Source: Paraspadella gotoi
Lineage: Eukaryota > Animalia > Chaetognatha
DNA: 64,000 nt
NCBI GenBank assembly: GCA_051294375.1
Contig: CM119269.1
Coordinates: forward strand, 6,895,552-6,959,551
Direction: 5' to 3'
Both the position numbers and the translations under genes were made by a program. Below are positions 14,136-64,000 of the stretch, piece after piece. Below the pieces are notes generated by a model, which saw only the letters and a program-made list of their open reading frames with translations, was not told the origin of the DNA and did not search any database. Each line of letters begins with the position of its first letter. Positions within the stretch are counted from its first letter, which is position 1.

Positions 14136-15869
14136 AAGGATCGAAAAAAGAAGTGGGATGGGGAATGAAGGGATGGAGGGAAGGAAGAGGAGAAGATGGG
14201 AAGAAATTAAGGAGGAAAGAAGGAAGAAGGAAAAGGAGAAGGAAAGATGGAAGGAAGAAAAAAAGAGAATAAAAGAGGGGAGTTAAAGAAGAGAAAAAGA
14301 AATAGAGAAGAACATGAAATGTAAAAAATGAAAAAATAAAAGAAAGAAAATGAAAAAAAAAATGATTGCCTTAACACGTGTGTTTTTTGTGACCTGACAT
14401 GAAAATTGGGCGACGTGACATGACATGACTACATGACTTTCTTAGCCCATGTATTTAACACAAGCACGGCATCGAATTTTGTCCTTTTGTTTTTTTATTT
14501 CCTGAAGGCGGGGCTAGCAAGTCTTTTAGATTTGAGGTTTTTTTTTGGCTAAACAAAATGAGCAACCAAGTTATGACACAATGAAAGAATAACGTGGCGT
14601 TCTTTTCCGTGCATAAAAAAAAATTCAACTGTTTCAATATTATTATATTTTTTTTTTTATTATTTTATTTTTAACTTTTTATTATATTTGAGTCATATGT
14701 GATATCCAAAATATCAATGCAAAATCTTTTTTATTGTTTTTAGATATGACTCGAATATAGGGTGAAAGATGATAAAATTTTTTAAAAAGTACTATATTCA
14801 TATTTATTCATAGAATTGTAATAGAAAAAAAATTAAAAAAAATAATAGTAGCCAATAGTTAGGTTAAATGTCTCAAAATAAATGGAATAAAAAACCTCAT
14901 TTAAAAATTCGATTGGGAATTGGGGTACTAAGGCTTACCAATGGCATCCCCAGCCGATTGTTCTCTCAAATACATTTTTTTTATTAATACATTTGAAAGG
15001 GAGAAAAAAGAAAATTCAGAATGCAGGTTGTATAAAGGGTACCAATAACTGGACTTACTGACATGATAACCAGAACCTTTTATATATCTTGTAAAATGGG
15101 GCAGTAAAGATATCTAAAAATTCGATCATAAGTCAGTCAATGAAACCCTTTCTAAATTGGGCAAATTAAAGAAAAATATCTTTTATTAATTAAAATGGAT
15201 GATAAATCTAATAGAATTAAATTCCTTGCTATATTTAAAAGAAAAAATTATCAATACAATTTAAACATGATGTTTGCTTGTCAAATATATTGCCATTTGT
15301 TATATAAATTTTTTAAAAACTTTATTAGACATCGTTTATTTCCTTTCGTTTCGTTGTGTTTAGATGATAAAGACGTTTTAAAATTGTTTCACAACGATTT
15401 TATTTGTATAAGACGGACATTTTCGGCTTTAAATGTACAAGCCCTTCCATCGGCCGTCAAAGATATTTGTGAATTTAAATAAAGTTTTTGCAGAGGAAAA
15501 GAAAAGAGAGAGAGGAGAGGCGAAGGGCAAAGTTTCCAACAGAGTTGAGAGAAGAACAGTGGTCAGAATTTGGACAGGTCAAGTGAGGACAGAATGAGCC
15601 AGATTGTGAAAAGAAACTAAATGAAGTGAAAAAATTGAGAAAGAGAGAGAGAGAGATAGAGAGAACCATTTGAAAAGATAATACATTTTTGTAATGTACA
15701 CAGAGATAAATTGTTTAGACTAAAGATGAAATAAATATTTTAACAATTAACTATTAATAAATAATGGAGTGTGAAAAATTGAAAATGAAAAAGTGAATAA
15801 GTATTAATAAGTATTAATATGAAATAAAGTCGAAAGTTCAAGAATTAAGAAAGAAGCTCAAAGTGAGCT

Positions 15870-16346
15870 CATGAATATACCTACTCTTCTGCGCCAGCGA
15901 ATCGAGACGACGCCGCCACACTTTCCGGGCTACGAAGGAGCGCCAAAAGGCCAAGCTGGAGATACCATTCGTCAACAAGTCATGCCGCATAATAAAAACT
16001 CGTCAAGGATAACAAACCCGCCAGCGAAACGAAACTAATTCCGTTGACGGAAGAACTGAAATCGGACTGCGCAAGAACGTTGGCATCGCAAAAACGCCTC
16101 CTCTACACACTAAGCAATGACGAAGATTCCGTGTTACGTAAGGGCCCTATCTTTTGTTCCAACCCCTATTAACCCCACTCCGCTATTTGGACCTCATTGT
16201 CGTGTTTGAGACAGAGCAAAGCTTCTCGATCAACGACCCGAAGCGGCGCAACTCCTTCGGGCGGCGGCGGCGCGGATCCCATCAAATGCCAAGAGGGCCC
16301 CAGCCACAAACCTAATGTGAAAGAGTGAATGGCACGGCAAAGCCTA
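15870..16346 (+). mobile_element. Degraded Penelope-like (PLE) ORF fragment
   Basis: GC-richer island translating, with one frameshift, to LSNDEDSVLRKG-LSFVPTPINP (~16110-16175). This resembles the LxKGLxFxPTP motif N-terminal to PLE reverse transcriptases. Ends at an N-gap. Confidence 0.5.
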
Positions 16347-16619
16347 NNNNNNNNNNNNNNNNNNNNNNNNNACAAATTAAAAAAAAATTTTGTCCCAAAA
16401 ATATGAGAATTACTTATTAAATGGGAAAAAAATACATTTATTTCTGAGAATAATTCTAAAAAAAGATTAAACCGAAGAAAATTGTCNNNNNNNNNNNNNN
16501 NNNNNNNNNNNNNNNNNNNNNNNNNNNNNNNNNNNNNNNNNNNNNNNNNNNNNNNNNNNNNNNNNNNNNNNNNNNNNNNNNNNNNNNNNNNNNNNNNNNN
16601 NNNNNNNNNNNNNNNNNNN

Positions 16620-16650
<31 letters not shown>

Positions 16651-18532
16651 TGAAGACGAAAAAATTCCATCCACCCAAATCCCAAAAGGTAAGGTTGGGA
16701 GAGGAAGAGGATGGCGAGCCAACATCTCTTTGGAGAGAGAGAGGTTAGAGGAATGCATGGCAGGGAATCATGGTCTTCATCACTCTGATTCTACTTTCTT
16801 CTCCTCTCTTAATCAATAGAATATAGACGCTGATTATATATTATAGCGTATTAGCATTCGGTGTTGAGCCGAATTATCAATATCTTGACATGTAACAATC
16901 AGGAATTCTTATTCAGTATTTTTGTTATTTTAAATTATCTTTGTTTTGTAACATTAATATTTTTCTCTTTCAGTATTATATTATTTATTTAAGTTGTACT
17001 CGCAATCTTAATATCCCTTCACCGATCTTTCTTCTCAGGCTTTTTTTCACTCGCTCGAGTTATCGCCTCGATGGCTGACGTGCATAAGGAGCATTGCTCC
17101 TTTGCCTCAAAATCGCTCCACCGAAGCACCAGAGCCGAGAAGAGGACGTAGGCGAAAACCTGTTATAATTTTATATTATGAAATTGGCTACAACCAAATA
17201 AAAAATTATCCATTTATTTATAAATAAGCCTACTTGCCCCTGACTTTGGACAGTCTTTGTGGTTTTAAGGCCTCCATCACTCTTACAAGATAATTACATA
17301 GCAGGTCCCTGCAAGCTTTCAATCAAGACTCTCTCACAGTCCCGTTTATTCACTCCCAGAGTACCTGGGCTTCCCTATCAATGAAGTGGGAAAATATTTC
17401 AAAGAATGTTTTCAATTCTTTAATAAAAAAGCACCACTCCCTTAAGTATTAGATCGGTGAATACTTAATTGTACTCCGCACTAGCATCAAAAAGCATATT
17501 ATATTAAAATTGTTATAATTAAATGTTTTAACGTTAAAATTTCGTCATTTTCAGATTCGGTCTCAATTCCAGACTTAAAAAGTCTTTCCAGACTTCCGAA
17601 TGGTAGCAAATAAGTAACGATTGTAGTGAATTGGTATGATTGAAATGATTGGTAATGGTTGGTCTCACTTTTCGCGACTCGCGTCCAAATCTCGTAACAA
17701 TTTTCCGGATCCGTAGTAGGAGTAAGAGGATTTGCGCCGAAGATCGGTCCCCATTTTTTTGAGCGGCGGTATCCCCGCATGAAGAAGGCTCTGATCCCCG
17801 ATCATAGATTTTAAGCGATCCCCGATCCGAGGTACAAATGATCCCGATCGGATAATTCGATTTGATTCGTTTCAACCGACGCATCTTAGTTCAGAAAAAT
17901 CTCAACGACAAATTAAAAAAAAATTTTGTCCCAAAATATAGAGAATTACTTATTAAATGTGGAGAAAAAAAACATTTATTTCTGAGAATAATTCTAAAAA
18001 AAAGATTTAAACCGAAAGAAAATTGTCGAAAAAAAAAAATCGCGCCTGGAGACGAGACGGACGACCGACGCGACGACGCACGGACGCATGAAGACGGAAA
18101 AACAAATTCCATACCACCAATATCCAAAAGGTTAAGGTGGGAGAGGAAGAGCTGATTATGCGACCCACATACTCTTTGGAGAGGAGAGAGGATAGGAGAG
18201 GATGAGGAGGCGATGAGAGAGAGAGAGAACAGAAGAGAGAGAGCAGAGACGACGAGAACTAAAAAGCAACCACGTCGAAGGCCGAGACACTGGACGAATA
18301 ATNNNNNNNNNNNNNNNNNNNNNNNNNAAGAGAGATTAGAGAAGAGGATGAGGAGGCGGGATGAGATGAGAGAGAGAGAGACGAGAGAGAGAAGCGGGAG
18401 ACGACACTGAGACGGAGAACTAAGAAAGCAAACTCGAGATGCCAGAGCACTGCGATAGATAGAGAGAGAGAGATGTCACCTTTCCACGGAGGCATAAAAC
18501 AAAAAAAAAAAAAAAGGGAGACCAGATGTGGA

Positions 18533-18646
18533 TTGCACCTTATATATTTTTGCACCTTATATCATTTTTGCACCTTATATCATTTTTCCACCTTATATCA
18601 TTTTTCACTCTCTTATCATTTTCACCTTATATCATTTTTTCACCTT
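18533..18646 (+). repeat. ~19-bp tandem minisatellite (TGCACCTTATATCATTTTT), about 6 units
   Basis: Directly visible tandem units. Confidence 0.85.
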
Positions 18647-20113
18647 GAGAGAGAGAGAGAGAGAGAGATAGTCACCTTTCACGGAGGATAAAAAAAAAAG
18701 GGAGACAGAGTGAGAGTGAGTTGAGCCGAAATTGCTAACTACTAATTCTTTTTCTTCTGTTTAATGATTGAAAGATGTGAATAAAGATTTAAGATGAGAT
18801 GAAACATGACATTACAGGTGAAAAATAAGGACATTTTCTGTCATCTTCCAACTACAATTGACAATTTAGGAAGCACAATATAATCGAGCTAGAGAGATAA
18901 CTATCTCAACGAGTAAAGACAGTGTAACTCGCTGACCTGAAACTAAAATTTTGTAAATTGTAAAATATTGCAAATTTTCTCTTTTATTTTCAACAGATCA
19001 TCCTTTTGTTCGTGAGGACGACGACGACGACAACGACGACGACGGACAACGACGACGACGAACGACGACGAACGATGACGANNNNNNNNNNNNNNNNNNN
19101 NNNNNNNNNNNNNNNNNNNNNNNNNNNNNNNNNNNNNNNNNNNNNNNNNNNNNNNNNNNNNNNNNNNNNNNNNNNNNNNNNNNNNNNNNNNNNNNNNNNN
19201 NNNNNNNNNNNNCGACGACGACGACGACGACCGGCGGATTTTCTGTGTTGACTTTGAGGGAAGATTCTATTCTCTGCGTCTCAAATCAAAAGTATTAAAC
19301 TATAAAATCATAGAAAACGAAAGATAGAATTCAAAGGTTAGTTAGTATAAATAATAAGATAGTATTTTCAATGTTAAAAAATTCAAATAAGACGCAAGTT
19401 TTAAAGGTATGAATAAATTTTTTTTCAACTTTTACCATTTTCCTACAACAACAACAACAACAACAACAACAAAAACAAAAACAAAAACAACAACAACGGC
19501 CAAGATTAATCAGAATCGACGTCGGAATTTTTTTCTTTTTTCTTTCTTTTTCGGATTTGATTCGACAAACAATCACCTCTTTCTGCAAACCGAGATTTTA
19601 AAGAGGAACCAGTCTCGTCGTCGTCGTCGTCGTTGTGGTCGTCGTCGTCGTCGTCGTCGTTGTCGTCGTCGTTGTGGTAGTTGTGGTCGTCGCCGTCGTC
19701 ATCGTCCACACCCCATTCGTTTAAATCGTTTTCCGAATGTTTTTGATGAGGAAGACGTTTTTATCTTTTCTTTTCATTTCCTTTTACTCGATTTTAATTT
19801 TATTCTTGAATTTAAAATTCGTGAAGCGAAAATCTTTGAAACAAAAGAACAGCGCAGCCAAATCCANNNNNNNNNNTTTTGGGTCTACTATTGTTGGATT
19901 CTTCATCATTATCATAATCATCATTATTATAATTATCATCATCATAATCATTATCATCATCACCATCATCATCACAATAGAAGGAAAAGGTTATTTGTTG
20001 ATGGATCCTAATATTTTCATTTTGGGTTTTGTCACATTGACCATGACAAGCCAAAAAAATGTCACACGAGTCATTTATAACCCGGCAATAGAAGTGGAGT
20101 TGAGGCGAGAAAG

Positions 20114-20165
<52 letters not shown>

Positions 20166-20487
20166 GAGAGAACGAGAGAGAGAGAGATGGCATTTTTTGG
20201 TCGAAGCAGTGATGAGGCTTCGATTTCCCAAGGAAAGCAGGGTCAAGGACAAACGCGGAAAAAAAAAAATAGTGTCATCATCATCATTCATCATCATCAT
20301 CATTCATCATCATCTCATCTATCATCATCATCATCATCATTATAAACATACATTTCATCAATATAAAATATCTTGATAAGCCCTTTTTAACGTTAAAAAG
20401 AAGGTTAAGAAACAGATTTCACGGCAAACGAAAGTCCAGGTCTCGAACTCGAGACCCTCCCAGGTTGTAAAACTCCGTAAAACTCAC

Positions 20488-62340
<41,853 letters not shown>

Positions 62341-62821
62341 TCAAAGAAATAAACAGCATTCGGTATATGTCGCTCGAGAAAAACATGTGAGCAATCGTTT
62401 TTCGTCAATCTACCCATAATATTCTTTCGGCCAAATTTTAAAATTTAATGATTTACCTCCTAGAAAAACTACGGTGAGATTCAGAATTTCAAAAATGTCA
62501 TCGCAAAATACGAACAGTCCCAGTTTGAAGAAAGAGGTATTTTTTCCCCCCAAATCATACGCATTTAATTTATTGATATAATTTTCATGGATTAATGCGA
62601 GCAAGAATAAGAAACGGGACGATTTCTGGGAGTCAACTAGTTTGCAATATGGATGATTATCAACGAAGTATTTTGTATAAATTCATTTTCACCCCAAGTG
62701 TTCTTTGAGAATTTTTGACTAAAACGCGGAAACGAAGTAAAAAAGGCGCAAAAGAACCGAAAATTACTACGAAACTGAAAAAAAAAAAAAAAAATCATCC
62801 CCTTCTAACCGATTACATAGC

Positions 62822-63315
62822 ATGTCCAAAGACAGGTGCAAGATAGCTTACTTATTTAATGAATCGGTTTCAGCAACAGCCGGGTTGCCTGTGATGCCCA
62901 TTGGGATGGGGCATCTGTTGGCTTTGGGGGCTTCCGACCATCAGTGACGCATTCAGTCTCGCTTTGCCAACGCAGAGCAAAGTCGTTAGGACTGTGAATG
63001 GAACACTACGCCTGGGATGGTGTGTTCCCCCTCTGAGCCAATGGTATTGGCTGAACGATCGTGGACGTGAGGTGGTGTGAATATACCACCACATTCATAA
63101 AATTCAGCTCCGTGTATTTTGATGCTAGTGCTACCTTATACAATTTTTCCCCGATTATTAATTAAGGGAGTGGTCCTTATGTATAATACGATTAATACTA
63201 TTAATAGAAACATTCTTTCCAAACCTTTGAATCAGGATCCTTTTTACGAGGAGTTTAAAAAGAGACACAAATCTGGACTCAATGACAGCGACGATTGGCT
63301 TTCCTTCGTTCAAGG

Positions 63316-63411
<96 letters not shown>

Positions 63412-63885
63412 TAAAGACAAATATCACAGACGAGGGCGACGATGATTACGACCGCAGAGTTTATGATTATCAGCAGGAGAGGCTGAGCACTGCTGAGATC
63501 AGAACCAAGCTCAACCTGGAACCTTCCGAATTGAAACGGAGTTCCGATCGTGAGTGACCATAACCTAGGATTTATTTCAATAAGGGTTGTTTAATATAGA
63601 AATGACAAATATTTATTCCATATCTCGCGCGTTTATTTTTTTTTTTTAACCATACAGGGTCGCTGGTGACGGCTTATTCCCTCGCAAGCAGCGCTCTCAG
63701 CAAGCATATAACGCATATAACGTGAGAAATGTCGGAGAGGAATCCTAAATATATAATACGTCTTAAATTTTTCTTTCAACTATTAAACGACCGACTGCTT
63801 TCCCTCGACCCGTTTAATCAGGTCAAGCATTCCAAGCAATACAGCGAAGATGCTGCCTTCTTTGTCTTTCGAAACGGGACGCATG
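62822..63885 (+). CDS. Uncharacterised multi-exon gene, continuing past the window end (duplicate ~55830-56960)
   Basis: GC-richer islands with splice signals: ..TNITDEGDDDYDRRVYDYQQERLSTAEIRTKLNLEPSELKRSSD, VAGDGLFPRKQ.., VKHSKQYSEDAAFFVFRNGTH. The first exon is tentative. Confidence 0.5.
62873..63093 (-). mobile_element. Twister-repeat copy C (221 bp), 4-bp TSD TTCA
   Basis: TTCA|GCAAC...CCACCACA|TTCA. Perfect P5 GTTGGC/GCCAAC and L4 AAG are retained; the TAA region is deleted. Confidence 0.85.
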
Positions 63886-63922
63886 GTGAGGGGGGAGAGA
63901 GAGATAGAGAGAGAGAGTGACC

Positions 63923-64000
63923 TATGGACAAGGCGCTAAGTGGGCTGCCATGGAACGGGCTTGGAACTAGGCTTGAGAGTTTTTCAGGCCCCCAGGCCGG
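63923..64000 (-). mobile_element. 3' part of the twister-SINE (same family as 39629-39856), cut by the window end
   Basis: ATGGACAAGGCGCTAAGTGGGCTG..ATGGAACGGG..CTTGGAAC matches 39629-39750. Confidence 0.75.

Larger units (their letters stand above)
8011..14578. repeat. Segmental duplicate copy 1 (matches 16768-23899)
   Basis: Colinear near-identity with many 1-nt indels; contains chitin synthase 5' exons and ROS1-like exons. Confidence 0.92.

Noticed and set aside
18533-18646. CRISPR-like array
   Set aside because: Tandem units have no unique spacers, the context is eukaryotic, and there are no cas genes.

Overview
AT-rich, microsatellite-rich invertebrate (metazoan) genomic DNA from an error-prone draft assembly with N-gaps, many 1-nt indels and three large near-duplicate blocks. 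Genes: a multi-exon chitin synthase (minus, <1-~9050); a ROS1/Sevenless-like receptor ectodomain (FN3 + YWTD) with exons scattered on the minus strand from ~62340 to ~20490; and, inside its introns, an intronless heparan-sulfate 3-O-sulfotransferase, an intronless XK-related membrane protein, a calaxin/EFCAB1 gene and small uncharacterised genes. The most unusual signal is a set of ribozyme-carrying small mobile elements. (1) A ~235-bp hairpin-rich, LTR-like repeat (TGTGGC...GCCATA ends, 4-bp TSDs in two of three insertions) contains a circularly permuted (type-P5) twister fold with a covarying pseudoknot. (2) A tRNA-headed SINE carries a different type-P5 twister. (3) A weaker twister-like fold sits next to a second tRNA-SINE. 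(4) A Penelope-type inverted repeat holds a pair of minimal hammerheads. All folds and splice models were derived by eye and need computational and biochemical confirmation.
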